Source of the DNA: an uncultured virus (IMG/VR IMGVR_UViG_3300044611_001416)
Lineage: Duplodnaviria; Heunggongvirae; Uroviricota; Caudoviricetes
Direction: 5' to 3' (one strand)
DNA length: 64,000 nucleotides
Virus record (IMG/VR): IMGVR_UViG_3300044611_001416
Part shown: in pieces, positions 10,992 to 21,128 of the stretch
Numbering within the stretch: position 1 is the first letter of the stretch
How the letters are laid out: every line of letters starts with the position of its first letter
Program-made: the position numbers and the translations under genes
The notes under the pieces: model-generated
Seen by the model: the letters and a program-made list of their open reading frames with translations, nothing else
What the model was told of the DNA's origin: nothing
Databases searched by the model: none

Positions 10992-11873
10992 TTGGAAAAT
11001 TATTTAGAGGTGGGCCAAACACCACTTATCCCTATTGATATTGATGGAGTCATTATTTGGGGTAAGGCAGAATTTATGAACCCATCAGGTTCTGTTAAAG
11101 ACAGACCAATCAAAAACATTTTAACACGAGCGGTAGAGAATGGTTTATTATCCAAAGGAGGTACCGTTGTTGAAGCAACTAGTGGAAACGCAGGTATTTC
11201 ATTTGCCATGTATTGTGCCGAAATGGGGTTTAAATGTGTTATTGTAATGCCATCTAACATGAGTGAAGAACGTAAAAAAATGTTACGTCTATATGGTGCG
11301 GAACTTATTGAAGTTGGACCTGGTGATTTTGATTCTGCAATTAAATTAAGAGATGAGTTGGCAGAAAAAAATGGATGGTTTAATGGAAATCAATTTGCAT
11401 CGCCTTGGAATATAGAGGCTCATAAAGAAGGGACAGGTGTTGAACTAATGTATCAGGCAATTAGTAATAAAATTAGACCATCAGCATTTGTATTAGGAAC
11501 TGGTACTGGTGGAACACTAATGGGGGCGGGAGAAACACTTAAAAATTTTTATTATGATATGGAAATTGTTGCGGTTGAACCATCAGAGTCACCAGTAATG
11601 AGTGGAGGAGAATCAGGATTACATGGGATTCAGGGAATTGGTGATGGTTCTAAGTTTATGGTTGATTTAGATTTTGTTGACCACATTATTACAATATCAA
11701 CAGAAGAGGCGACTCAAATGAGTCGTAGATTATCTAAAGATTATGGAATCTTTGTTGGAATTTCTGCGGGAGCAAATGTTTTGGCCTCACTTAAATACGG
11801 ACAAAAGTTTGATAAGACAAATATTTTCACTATACTTTGTGATAGAGGAGACAGATACCTTTCAATATTATGA
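10992..11873 (+). CDS. cysK: Cysteine synthase (PLP-dependent CysK/CysM family)
   Basis: NPSGSVKDR (PLP lysine), EATSGNAG, GTGTGGT, HGIQGIG and DRGDRYLS motifs. TTG start. Confidence 0.92.
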   Translation: MENYLEVGQTPLIPIDIDGVIIWGKAEFMNPSGSVKDRPIKNILTRAVENGLLSKGGTVVEATSGNAGISFAMYCAEMGFKCVIVMPSNMSEERKKMLRLYGAELIEVGPGDFDSAIKLRDELAEKNGWFNGNQFASPWNIEAHKEGTGVELMYQAISNKIRPSAFVLGTGTGGTLMGAGETLKNFYYDMEIVAVEPSESPVMSGGESGLHGIQGIGDGSKFMVDLDFVDHIITISTEEATQMSRRLSKDYGIFVGISAGANVLASLKYGQKFDKTNIFTILCDRGDRYLSIL

Positions 11874-12649
11874 TTAAAACTTTAGTACACTTTTCTGATT
11901 TACATATCAGATTATATAAAGACCACAATTTATACCGTTCAATATTAGAACCCGCAATTGAACAATGGAAAGAATTGTCTCCTGACCGTATTATATTTAC
12001 GGGAGACTTGGTCCACAGTAAGAATCAATTAACTCCAGAACTTATTGAGTTTGTTGTTTGGATTTTAACAGAATGTTCTAACATTGCTAAAACAATTATT
12101 ATACCTGGTAATCACGATTTTTTAACAAATAATACCGAAAGATTAGACGCTCTTACACCTATCATTAATTCTTTGAATAATGATAATATTGTATACTACC
12201 GAGATAGAGGTGTGTATGAGGATGATAACATTAGTTGGTGTGTTTATTCTCAATACCAAGGAAATATTCCTCCTGATATTATTGATGGTAAGGGAAGAAA
12301 GATTGGTTTATTTCATGGTCCTATTTCAGGTTTAAAAACAGACCTTGGATTTGAGTTTGGTGAGGAAGCGTATGAGATTGAAAAGTTTGATGGTTTGGAA
12401 ACCGTATTATGTGGTGATATTCACAAACGAGCTGAGTTCCAAATTAAAGGGGGTAAAGGTTATATGATTGGTTCAACAATTCAAAATAATTTAGGTGAAA
12501 GTATTAGTAAACACGGATATGGTATTTATGATGTTGAAAACAAAGAATATAAATATAAAGATTTATTTAATCCAAAACCTTATCTTTCATTTAAAATAAC
12601 ATCATTTGAGGATATTATAAATGGAAAAGAAAAACTCACAAATGTATAA
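11870..12649 (+). CDS. SbcD/Mre11 (gp47-like) nuclease, short form
   Basis: SDLH, GDLVH, GNHD, FHG and GDIHK metallophosphoesterase motifs; lies upstream of the SbcC-like ATPase. Confidence 0.85.
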   Translation: MIKTLVHFSDLHIRLYKDHNLYRSILEPAIEQWKELSPDRIIFTGDLVHSKNQLTPELIEFVVWILTECSNIAKTIIIPGNHDFLTNNTERLDALTPIINSLNNDNIVYYRDRGVYEDDNISWCVYSQYQGNIPPDIIDGKGRKIGLFHGPISGLKTDLGFEFGEEAYEIEKFDGLETVLCGDIHKRAEFQIKGGKGYMIGSTIQNNLGESISKHGYGIYDVENKEYKYKDLFNPKPYLSFKITSFEDIINGKEKLTNV

Positions 12650-13250
12650 TATTGATATTAATAACACTAAAGAAATCTATGATTTTTGTTTATTAAATAA
12701 AATTTTGGATATTGATGGGTTTATTAATAAATGTTTTAAGAATGGATTTCATATTGAAAAGTATGGTTTTATTGGGGAAGACTCAGGTAAAACACTTAAT
12801 GATGGTGAAAAAGACTTAAAAACGGGTGGGATTCAGGAAAAACGTGTAGAAATCGAGGTAATCCGAGAAATACGGGTGGAAGTACCTGTTGAAGTGATTA
12901 AAGAAGTTGAAAAAATTGTGGAGGTTATTAAAGAAGTTCCTGTTGAAAAAATAATTGAAAAAATCATCCAAGTTTCTGATGATACTCAAATAAATGAACT
13001 GTTGTTAAAAATACAACAGTTGGAAAACAGGCCACCTGAAATTGTTGAAGTTATTAAAGAGGTCATTACCCAATCAAATAACGATAAGTCATTAATGTTA
13101 CAAGACACATTGAATAAATTAAGAAAAGAACTTACAGAAAAAAATAGTAAGATAACAGAACTTGAGGGGACTATCAAAAAATTAGAACAAATAAACATAA
13201 ATCAAGGGGCGGCTTATATGAAAGGGTCGAACCTAACAAAAAACATATAA
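12621..13250 (+). CDS. VEVIKEV-repeat coiled-coil protein
   Basis: VEVPVEVIKEVEKIVEVIKEVPVEK repeats followed by a coiled coil. Confidence 0.7.
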   Translation: MEKKNSQMYNIDINNTKEIYDFCLLNKILDIDGFINKCFKNGFHIEKYGFIGEDSGKTLNDGEKDLKTGGIQEKRVEIEVIREIRVEVPVEVIKEVEKIVEVIKEVPVEKIIEKIIQVSDDTQINELLLKIQQLENRPPEIVEVIKEVITQSNNDKSLMLQDTLNKLRKELTEKNSKITELEGTIKKLEQININQGAAYMKGSNLTKNI

Positions 13251-13251
13251 T

Positions 13252-13590
13252 ATGGCAATTTTAATTTGGTTAATCGCCGCTTATGGAATGAGTAACATAC
13301 TTGTGTACAGTTCCATATTCGCAGGAATGAGAGAGTTCTTCAAAAAATGGGGAAGTAATAAATTAGTACCTTTACACGGGATTGGACAATTCATATCGGA
13401 TTTACTATCTTGTATGATGTGTACTAGTACATGGGTTGGATTTTTCTTCTCATTATGTTATTACTCACCATCACATGAATTGATTGGTACAAATATTACA
13501 TCATTCTTTTTTGATGGTATGATAGCCTCAGGATTTGTATGGGGGATAAATGCAATAATAGAATGGTTCGAAGAGAATCGACCTAAATAA
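13252..13590 (+). CDS. Membrane protein, DUF1360-like
   Basis: Three hydrophobic segments and the LLSCMMCTSTWVG motif. Confidence 0.55.
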   Translation: MAILIWLIAAYGMSNILVYSSIFAGMREFFKKWGSNKLVPLHGIGQFISDLLSCMMCTSTWVGFFFSLCYYSPSHELIGTNITSFFFDGMIASGFVWGINAIIEWFEENRPK

Positions 13591-13612
13591 TTTATAAATA
13601 AAAAACAAAAAA

Positions 13613-13882
13613 ATGGGAAAAAAAGCAAAAGAACACAGAAAAAAAACTCAAGCGAGAAACGTAAAAATTAAGGGAGAACAAAAAAAAATGCAAAAACTTT
13701 ACCAAGACATGTTCAGTAAACAATTAACTGACTTAGAATCTAAATTTTCCGGCGAAACAGAAAATTTAACTGTTAAAGTTGGAGATGTTGAGGTACCTTT
13801 TGAGGTGGTGAATAACCCAATTGAAAATATCCTTGAACAAAAACAAGTTGAAAAAATAGAAATTTCTGATTTAGAAAAATAA
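13613..13882 (+). CDS. Hypothetical protein with basic N-terminus
   Basis: 89-aa ORF. Confidence 0.6.
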   Translation: MGKKAKEHRKKTQARNVKIKGEQKKMQKLYQDMFSKQLTDLESKFSGETENLTVKVGDVEVPFEVVNNPIENILEQKQVEKIEISDLEK

Positions 13883-13886
13883 TAGA

Positions 13887-16259
13887 ATGGATTTATTTAA
13901 TCCACCAATAGAATTTAATTATAAAATAATGAATAGTGAATTAGAGTTTGAAACTTTTGATAATCCATATGTACAAGTTGTATGGGATGATTATGCTGAA
14001 AATTTTACTCAAGAAAAGATTAAAAGTGTTAGACATTATTTCCAAAAAAAATACAATACGACTAATGTAAATGTTATTACTAAGACTAAGGCTAGTGATG
14101 ATGTCACTCATACTGTTGACATATCTTTTAATATCTTGGACAAGAATTATCAGTCTGAATTAGTTAAAACATATCTAACATCTAAATCTTTAGAGAAGTA
14201 TTTTGATGAGGTAATTCATCTTGATGGGATTGTTGATAATAAATTATTGGTTAATAACAGTGAAGTTACCCCATTTAAACGATGGTTCATTAAGAACATT
14301 GAGTTCTCAAATTTCCTTTCATATGGTGAGAATCAGAAATTGGATTTTGAAAAATGTGATGGGATTACCGTAGTTGAGTCTAACCCACCAAATTTTGGAG
14401 GTAAAACAGTTTTAACTGTGGATTTATTATTGTTCTTATTCTTTAATGAGACTACTAAAACATCCAAAGCCGAAGAGGTCTTCAATCGATTCACCGATAA
14501 GAATAAAGTATCCGTTAAAGGAGAAATCATTATCGATGGTGATGAATATATAATTGTTAGACATATTGAAAGAAAAAAATCTAAGGCGGGAGAGTGGAAT
14601 GTTAAAACTGAATTGGACTTTTTTAAAAAGTTGTCTGACGGTAGTTTACAAAACTTTACAGGAGAACAAAGACGAGAAACAGAGGCGTTCATTAAAACTT
14701 CCATTGGGTCTAAAGAAGATTTCTTAATGACAATCTTAACTACTGCAACTAACTTAGAGGATTTAATTGATTCTAAACCAACTGCTAGAGGGCAAGTTTT
14801 GTCAAGATTCATGGGGTTAGATTTTCTTAAAAAGAAAGAAGAGGAGGGAAAGGAAATCTACAGTGATTTCTCAAAATCAATGATGTCTAACATTTATAGT
14901 AGTGAAAAGTTAAAAACCGATAATGAAGATTATAATTCTAAAATAGTTGGGTTTAATGAAGAGAACCAACAACTCCAAAAAGATTTAATTAATGTTCAGG
15001 AGAGAATCATTAAAGGTCAGGAATACAAAGATAATTTGTTAAAGAGTAAACATAATGACATTGATAAAGAAATCAGTTTACTTTCCCCTGATAAAGTAAT
15101 TTTGGATATAACAACTCTTAAAAGTCAAAGACAAGGTGTTGAAAAACAATTTTCCGAAATAAAAGTTGTTGAACCATCATCTTTTTATCATGAGGATGAA
15201 CATGATAAAGTTAAAGAAGACTACAATGAGGAGTATAAGAAAAAAGTTGAGGTTGACCATAAAATAAAAACTATTGAGGATTTGAAGAGTTCTGTTGATG
15301 GCGGAATTAAATGTGAACATTGTGGAATTAATTTAATGATGGCATCAATTACCCAATCTAAAATTGCCGAACTTGATGGTTATATTAAGCATAAAGACCA
15401 AATTTCGGAGTTAATGCAGGTTTTATTAGGCAAAGAACAAAGTTTCGTACAACTTAAAAAAGAGTTTGATGAGTATGAAAAAAACAAACTAATAAAAGAA
15501 AAATACGAACTTAGTATTGAATCGTTTGATTTAAAAATTAAAAGACTCCAAGAGAAGTTAACAAAATATAATGAGTTACAGGATAAGATAACATCCAACG
15601 AAAAAATTGAAACCCAATTAATTAAAGCGGGTTTACGTTTAGATGACCTTGATGTTGAAAAAAGTAACACAACAAAAAAAATAAACAGTAACGATTATCA
15701 AATCCAAACGTATAAAGATAAGATTGAACAAAATTTAAAAACAATTGTTAAGATTGGTGAAGAGGCGGAACGAGAAAAAATCTACAAAATTTATTTGGAA
15801 ATATATGGTAAAAACGGAGTATCAAAAATGATTATGAAAACGATGATGCCGTTAATCAATTCTGAATTACAAAGGTTGTTGGAGAATAGTTCTCATTTCA
15901 GATTGGAAGTTAATATTAATGATAAGAACGAAGTTGAGTTCCTGATGATTGATAACAATACTCAGGTAGAAAAACTTATGGCCTCAGGTTCAGGTTACGA
16001 AAGAACAATCGCCTCTTTAGCGTTAAGAGCTGTATTAAGTAAAATTTGTTCATTACCTAAACCAAATATTGTGGTATTTGATGAAGTCTTTGGTAAAATA
16101 TCTAACGATAACTTGGATATGGTTTCCGAGTTCTTTACAAAGATTAAAGAATATTTTGAAAAAATATTTGTTATAACACATAACCCATTGGTGACCAACT
16201 GGTCTGATAATGTGGTTAAGATTAGGAAGGAAGAAAATATTAGTTTTGTGTCACAATAA
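13887..16259 (+). CDS. SbcC/Rad50 (gp46-like) ATPase with about 130-aa N-terminal extension
   Basis: NFLSYG, Walker A NFGGKT, zinc hook CEHC, signature SGSGYE, Walker B VFDEVFG, H-loop VITH. Confidence 0.92.
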   Translation: MDLFNPPIEFNYKIMNSELEFETFDNPYVQVVWDDYAENFTQEKIKSVRHYFQKKYNTTNVNVITKTKASDDVTHTVDISFNILDKNYQSELVKTYLTSKSLEKYFDEVIHLDGIVDNKLLVNNSEVTPFKRWFIKNIEFSNFLSYGENQKLDFEKCDGITVVESNPPNFGGKTVLTVDLLLFLFFNETTKTSKAEEVFNRFTDKNKVSVKGEIIIDGDEYIIVRHIERKKSKAGEWNVKTELDFFKKLSDGSLQNFTGEQRRETEAFIKTSIGSKEDFLMTILTTATNLEDLIDSKPTARGQVLSRFMGLDFLKKKEEEGKEIYSDFSKSMMSNIYSSEKLKTDNEDYNSKIVGFNEENQQLQKDLINVQERIIKGQEYKDNLLKSKHNDIDKEISLLSPDKVILDITTLKSQRQGVEKQFSEIKVVEPSSFYHEDEHDKVKEDYNEEYKKKVEVDHKIKTIEDLKSSVDGGIKCEHCGINLMMASITQSKIAELDGYIKHKDQISELMQVLLGKEQSFVQLKKEFDEYEKNKLIKEKYELSIESFDLKIKRLQEKLTKYNELQDKITSNEKIETQLIKAGLRLDDLDVEKSNTTKKINSNDYQIQTYKDKIEQNLKTIVKIGEEAEREKIYKIYLEIYGKNGVSKMIMKTMMPLINSELQRLLENSSHFRLEVNINDKNEVEFLMIDNNTQVEKLMASGSGYERTIASLALRAVLSKICSLPKPNIVVFDEVFGKISNDNLDMVSEFFTKIKEYFEKIFVITHNPLVTNWSDNVVKIRKEENISFVSQ

Positions 16260-16290
16260 TTTGATATTAACTAAATAATTTGTAATTTTG
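16260..16290 (+). promoter_or_regulatory. Bacteroidota-type primary-sigma promoter
   Basis: TTTG-N19-TAATTTTG upstream of ORF 16303 and the sigma gene. Confidence 0.65.
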
Positions 16291-16302
16291 TAAAAAAAAC
16301 AT

Positions 16303-16857
16303 ATGAATGATAGATTAACTAGTTATATTTTATTTGTCTTTGCTAAACACGATGAACAGGAAGAGTTTATAACATCGTTAGCTGAGGAACTATCGGTCAT
16401 ATCCGATTCATTAAATATAAAATTTTATTATGGGCCCGAATCTGGTATATTTACTTTTGATACCAAAGATGATTTCTCGGTTATTAAAGAATATATGGAT
16501 ATAATGTTTTGTGAAAGTAAAATTGTTTATATGTTGTTACCATATGACCATGACAAAATATCAGTTGGTTTTTCGGATGATATTTATAACCACTTATTTA
16601 CACAAAATGTTGGTAAAAATATATCAAGTTTTGAATCTGAGTCGCAAAAAACGTTAAGTGAAGAATTAAAAAGTAGAGTTGATTTATTTTTTGATAAGAT
16701 AATTGACGATGAGGACGATGATGAGGATGAGATTAAAAAAATTAAATCTAAACTTTCAGTTCCTTCTTTAGATGACTTACTTGATAAAATAAATGATAAA
16801 GGCCTTGTATCATTAACAAAAAAAGAACTATCTTTGCTAAAACAATACTCTAAATAA
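16303..16857 (+). CDS. Hypothetical protein
   Basis: 184 aa with an acidic patch and a C-terminal LDDLLDKINDKG...LTKKE motif; coupled to the sigma gene. Confidence 0.7.
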   Translation: MNDRLTSYILFVFAKHDEQEEFITSLAEELSVISDSLNIKFYYGPESGIFTFDTKDDFSVIKEYMDIMFCESKIVYMLLPYDHDKISVGFSDDIYNHLFTQNVGKNISSFESESQKTLSEELKSRVDLFFDKIIDDEDDDEDEIKKIKSKLSVPSLDDLLDKINDKGLVSLTKKELSLLKQYSK

Positions 16858-16862
16858 AAAAT

Positions 16863-17663
16863 ATGAAAGAAAAAAGCTCATCAATTTCAATTAACCAAGA
16901 AGAGATACAAATATATCTTAAGGACATTCGTAAAATAAAAGTTATGACTCCTGAAAGGGAGAGAGAACTTGCAAAGATGATAGCTACTGAGGGTATTACC
17001 CAAAGAGAAAAAGATGCAATTCACAAAGAACTTTTAGAAGGTAATTTACGTTTTGTAATTACAGTGGCAAAACAATATCAAAATCAAGGATTAGATTTTC
17101 CTGATTTAATAGCCGAAGGTAATTTAGGGCTAATGAAAGCCATTAATAATTTTGATTGGTCTAAAAACCTTAGATTTATTTCTTATGCGGTTTGGTGGGT
17201 TAAACAATCAATCTTACAGTCTTTAAATGACAACTCAAGAACAATTAGATTACCTGTTAATGTTGTTCAAGATTTACATCGAGCAAAAAAAGAGGTTGAA
17301 TCTAATGGTGCTCAACTAGATGATAAATTCCAAAGGTTACCATCGATGATTGATTTGGATATGAATATTAACGAAGATGGTGATACTTTAATTGATATTA
17401 TTAAGAATGACCAAGCGGAGATGCCTGATGAGATATTTAATAGTAAGGATATGTTAAAGTCAAAACTATTAAATCTTCTTGATTTTTTAGATGAAAGAGA
17501 AAAAGTGATTATTGAAGATTATTTTGGATTAACAGGGACACCAAGAACTTTAGAGGATATAGGTGGTGATTTTAACTTAACAAAGGAGAGAGTTCGTCAG
17601 ATAAAACAAAAGGCTTTAAGGAAAATAAGAAATGAAAGTGATTGTTTATACGATTATATGTAA
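16863..17663 (+). CDS. RNA polymerase sigma-70 factor (RpoD/RpoS-like, lacking region 1.1)
   Basis: NLRFVITVAKQY, DLIAEGNLGLMKA, RFISYAVWW and TLEDIG...LTKERVRQI. Confidence 0.95.
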   Translation: MKEKSSSISINQEEIQIYLKDIRKIKVMTPERERELAKMIATEGITQREKDAIHKELLEGNLRFVITVAKQYQNQGLDFPDLIAEGNLGLMKAINNFDWSKNLRFISYAVWWVKQSILQSLNDNSRTIRLPVNVVQDLHRAKKEVESNGAQLDDKFQRLPSMIDLDMNINEDGDTLIDIIKNDQAEMPDEIFNSKDMLKSKLLNLLDFLDEREKVIIEDYFGLTGTPRTLEDIGGDFNLTKERVRQIKQKALRKIRNESDCLYDYM

Positions 17664-17670
17664 AAAAAAG

Positions 17671-17704
17671 AAAACCTTCTATTTATTAAGATAGAAGGTT
17701 TTTT
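17671..17704 (+). terminator. Terminator hairpin overlapping a TATTTAT motif
   Basis: AAAACCTTCTAT-N8-ATAGAAGGTTTT. Confidence 0.7.
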
Positions 17705-17729
17705 ACTTTTATAAAAAAAACAAAATATT

Positions 17730-18020
17730 ATGAAAGCAATTTTAAATTTTATTGACACTTGGGGAGTTAGAATCATTACATTATTAATATTAATTATCTT
17801 TTTTAAAACTTGTTCGACTAATGGAAAAGTTGAAAAAGTTCAAAAAAGTGTAGTGGAGACTAACATTAAAGTAGATTCATTATCACTTGAATTACAAAAA
17901 CAAATTAAGATTGAAGGTCTTAAATCTGAAAAAAGAATGATTCAATCTACTGATAGAAAAATTATGGATGTTAACAGACAGACAGAAATTGATAAAGAAA
18001 TATCTCAACTTGATAAATGA
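17730..18020 (+). CDS. Membrane-anchored coiled-coil protein
   Basis: N-terminal TM helix. Confidence 0.7.
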   Translation: MKAILNFIDTWGVRIITLLILIIFFKTCSTNGKVEKVQKSVVETNIKVDSLSLELQKQIKIEGLKSEKRMIQSTDRKIMDVNRQTEIDKEISQLDK

Positions 18021-18889
18021 AAATAATTTTTTCATGGATTAAATCCAACCCAATTAGGGCTATGTTTTTATTCCCGATTATATTAGTTGGGATTATTTCT
18101 ATTTCCCACGTAGTCTCTTGGTATGATTTAGCGAATCCACTTAGTTGGGCAATCTACCTATCAATAGCTATAGAGATTGGCGCTATGACGGCATTGATTG
18201 CGGCAACAAATCGAATTAAAGGTGGGGTGTGGTTTATGTTTGGGTTAGTTACTTTTGTACAAATGATTGGTAATATATTTTTTTCTTATAAAGAAATTGA
18301 CTCCAACGGGGAATTATTCAAATCTTGGGTAGAACTTACTGGCCCAATATGGGAAGGTTTAGGTTCTGACATTACAGATGTTGTATCATTGAAAAGATGG
18401 TTAGCATTTTTAGAAGGTGGTTTATTACCAATAATATCTTTAACCTCATTACATTTTTTCATTAAATACGATGAAGGTAATAGGACTGTTGTTGAACCTG
18501 AAGTGTTTGAAAAAATTGTTGAAGTAATTAAAGAAGATTCAGAGAGGGACACCAATGTCCCTCACAAAGAAGATACCATACATGATACTATACATGATGA
18601 GATTGAGATTCCTGAAAGTTATTTAACACATCATACCACACATTATACCCCTCAAGTCGAAACAATTGTAGTTGAAAAAATTGTTGAGGTACCTGTTGAG
18701 GTTATTAAAGAAGTGGAGAAAATTGTTGAGGTACTTGTTGAGGTTATTAAAGAAGTACCTGTTGAAGTAATTAGAGAAGTTGAGGTTATTAAAGAAGTAT
18801 TTGTTGAGGTTATTAAAGAAGTTGAGGTCACAACAACCACAACAACTGAAGATAATATTAAAAGATTAAGTTATATAAAACCTGATTAA
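18017..18889 (+). CDS. Multi-pass membrane protein with VEVIKEV-repeat tail
   Basis: Four hydrophobic segments and C-terminal VEVPVEVIKE repeats. Confidence 0.7.
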   Translation: MKIIFSWIKSNPIRAMFLFPIILVGIISISHVVSWYDLANPLSWAIYLSIAIEIGAMTALIAATNRIKGGVWFMFGLVTFVQMIGNIFFSYKEIDSNGELFKSWVELTGPIWEGLGSDITDVVSLKRWLAFLEGGLLPIISLTSLHFFIKYDEGNRTVVEPEVFEKIVEVIKEDSERDTNVPHKEDTIHDTIHDEIEIPESYLTHHTTHYTPQVETIVVEKIVEVPVEVIKEVEKIVEVLVEVIKEVPVEVIREVEVIKEVFVEVIKEVEVTTTTTTEDNIKRLSYIKPD

Positions 18890-18920
18890 GATAACTAAAT
18901 AAAATTTTAAGTTATATGTT

Positions 18921-19526
18921 ATGTTTGATATAATTAACTACAAAAAATTTAAACCTAAGGGTAAACAAAAGAAAAAATATCAAATAATACTAACCCACAC
19001 CTCAAGGAACGTTACAGATTATTTAAACTCTATTAAGTATAGATACTCGGGAAATTATCCTAAAATCCCAAACTATATTATAACTATGGATGGAAAAGTA
19101 TTACAACTATTAGACAATACGGAACACACCCAATACTTTGAAGAACCTAATATTAATAGGAATTCAATTATCATTTCATTAGAAAATTTAGGATGGTTAC
19201 AAAAAGAACCGTTAAAAGACTATTACGTTAACTGGATTGGTGATATTTATAAAGGTAATGTGTTTGAGAAAAAATGGAGAGACTATTTTTTTTGGCAACC
19301 TTATACCGATATCCAAGTACAGAATACAAGTATATTGTGTAATATATTGTTTAAAGAAATGTCTATAAAACCAATGATTGTTGGGCACAACACAAAAATA
19401 AATGGTATTGAAAAATATGAAGGTGTGGTCACTAAAAGTAATTTTGATTTGAATTTTACTGATGTTAGTCCATCTTTTAATTTTGAAAAATTTTTAAAAA
19501 AAATTAATAATGAAAAAAATTGTTAA
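18921..19526 (+). CDS. N-acetylmuramoyl-L-alanine amidase-like protein (Amidase_2 fold, possibly degenerate)
   Basis: IILTHTS, NYIITMDGKV, NRNSIIISLEN and TDVSP motifs. Confidence 0.65.
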   Translation: MFDIINYKKFKPKGKQKKKYQIILTHTSRNVTDYLNSIKYRYSGNYPKIPNYIITMDGKVLQLLDNTEHTQYFEEPNINRNSIIISLENLGWLQKEPLKDYYVNWIGDIYKGNVFEKKWRDYFFWQPYTDIQVQNTSILCNILFKEMSIKPMIVGHNTKINGIEKYEGVVTKSNFDLNFTDVSPSFNFEKFLKKINNEKNC

Positions 19527-19818
19527 ATTAAATGAATCTGAATTAATAAATTTTATTAAAAAATTTATTGCTGAAGAAGAATCTGAAGATGATTTTAATG
19601 ATAATAATTTTACGGTTGAACCTAATGTTAATATGATACCAAGAGAAAAACAACTACAAGGTATGTTTGGTAAATATGAAGACCAAGTCCCAAATGATGT
19701 TTTAAGGTATTTAAGAAAAAATCCACAACTAATTATGAACCGATTAGTTAAAATTTATGGGGATAAATTTTTAGAGTTTGCCGAAAAAGCTTACATTAAG
19801 AACTATAAAATAAAATAA
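19510..19818 (+). CDS. Hypothetical protein with KLNESEL leader motif
   Basis: N-terminus MKKIVKLNESELINFIKKFIAEE. Confidence 0.7.
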   Translation: MKKIVKLNESELINFIKKFIAEEESEDDFNDNNFTVEPNVNMIPREKQLQGMFGKYEDQVPNDVLRYLRKNPQLIMNRLVKIYGDKFLEFAEKAYIKNYKIK

Positions 19819-19840
19819 TATTTAAATTAATTAAAATACA

Positions 19841-20437
19841 ATGAATAATTCGCACGATGAAATTAAAAATTTATTAAAAGCCTCTAGAAAATTATTAAAT
19901 AATGAGACTATTAATGAAGATATCCGTAGACAATATGGGGTATTAACCGAACAAGGTGTTGACATGACTGACGATAATGTTACTAAAAAACTTAATATTA
20001 CACAATCTGTTGAAGACGAAATAGATGATAATACAGAATCCTCAAAAGATAAAACACAAGGGTATAGAATATCTGGTGGTGTATTGGTTTTACATGGTAA
20101 AACCCAAACTGAATTAGAATTAACAACTGATGAAAAAACTGCATTCCAAGAAACTATGGATGAGTTTGTTACTGGGGTTTCTGATTTAGTTGATTTTAAT
20201 AAGTTAAATGTATTCCCAAACAATGTTGAATGGTCGGGTAAAATAATTGATTTTGATATTGAGTTTTTTTTCACAATTGGCGAAGAAAATGGAGTTTATA
20301 TTAATGGACAAATGATTAAGGTAGATGATAAATTTTTAGATATGGTTAATAAATTAAAAACTTTTTATGAAAAGTTTAAATCAAAATGGGCTAAAATTAT
20401 GGCATCAAGAAAAAAAACAAAAAAAACCGAAGAATAA
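19841..20437 (+). CDS. Hypothetical protein
   Basis: 198 aa with INE and LTEQ motifs near the N-terminus. Confidence 0.7.
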   Translation: MNNSHDEIKNLLKASRKLLNNETINEDIRRQYGVLTEQGVDMTDDNVTKKLNITQSVEDEIDDNTESSKDKTQGYRISGGVLVLHGKTQTELELTTDEKTAFQETMDEFVTGVSDLVDFNKLNVFPNNVEWSGKIIDFDIEFFFTIGEENGVYINGQMIKVDDKFLDMVNKLKTFYEKFKSKWAKIMASRKKTKKTEE

Positions 20438-20778
20438 TGAAAAAATTTTTTAATGAACAAACAATTTTATTATTAATTATTGCCGTATTGGCAATTTGGA
20501 ATATATTCAACACTAACAGTATTAAAACGGATGTTGATTCATATAAAGATAAGATAAAGACAATTCAAGTACAAGTAGACTCTGTCCAAACGGTAAATAA
20601 AGAAATTGATGGAAAAATTGGTAAAGTTGACAAAAAAATTGTTAATGTTACTAAAGAGATTCATCATATTGATAATACAATAACAATAGTAAAAAATAAC
20701 ACAAATGAAAAAATTAATACTGCTGACAATTTTGGCGTTAACGAGCTTGAATTGTTTTTCGCAAACAGGTACCAATAA
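20437..20778 (+). CDS. Membrane-anchored coiled-coil protein (possible i-spanin-like)
   Basis: N-terminal TM plus coiled coil; overlaps the next gene. Confidence 0.5.
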   Translation: MKKFFNEQTILLLIIAVLAIWNIFNTNSIKTDVDSYKDKIKTIQVQVDSVQTVNKEIDGKIGKVDKKIVNVTKEIHHIDNTITIVKNNTNEKINTADNFGVNELELFFANRYQ

Positions 20779-21127
20779 AGAATCAGACACCACTAAAGTT
20801 GTTTTAACTAAAGAGGTTGCTAAACAAATTGTGAAAGACTTGATTAGGCTAGATGGATGTCAAGAAGAGTTAAAATTAACTCAAAATAAAATTATTAAAC
20901 TTGAAGAAAGAGAAATTCAAAAAGATACAATCATTTCTTTATTGAGAGATAAAGATAAGAATAACCAATTTGTTATTACTCAAAAAGATAAACAATTACA
21001 AATATCTGACGAGTTATCTAAAAGTTTAGGTAAAGAATTAAAAAGTTCTAAACGTACCACTTCCTTATATAAATTAGGAACTTTAGTTGGGATTATATCA
21101 ACATCACTTTTATTAATTATTAAATAA
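20705..21127 (+). CDS. Secreted coiled-coil protein with C-terminal TM (possible spanin partner)
   Basis: Signal peptide MKKLILLTILALTSLNCFSQ and a hydrophobic C-terminus. Confidence 0.5.
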   Translation: MKKLILLTILALTSLNCFSQTGTNKESDTTKVVLTKEVAKQIVKDLIRLDGCQEELKLTQNKIIKLEEREIQKDTIISLLRDKDKNNQFVITQKDKQLQISDELSKSLGKELKSSKRTTSLYKLGTLVGIISTSLLLIIK

Positions 21128-21128
21128 C

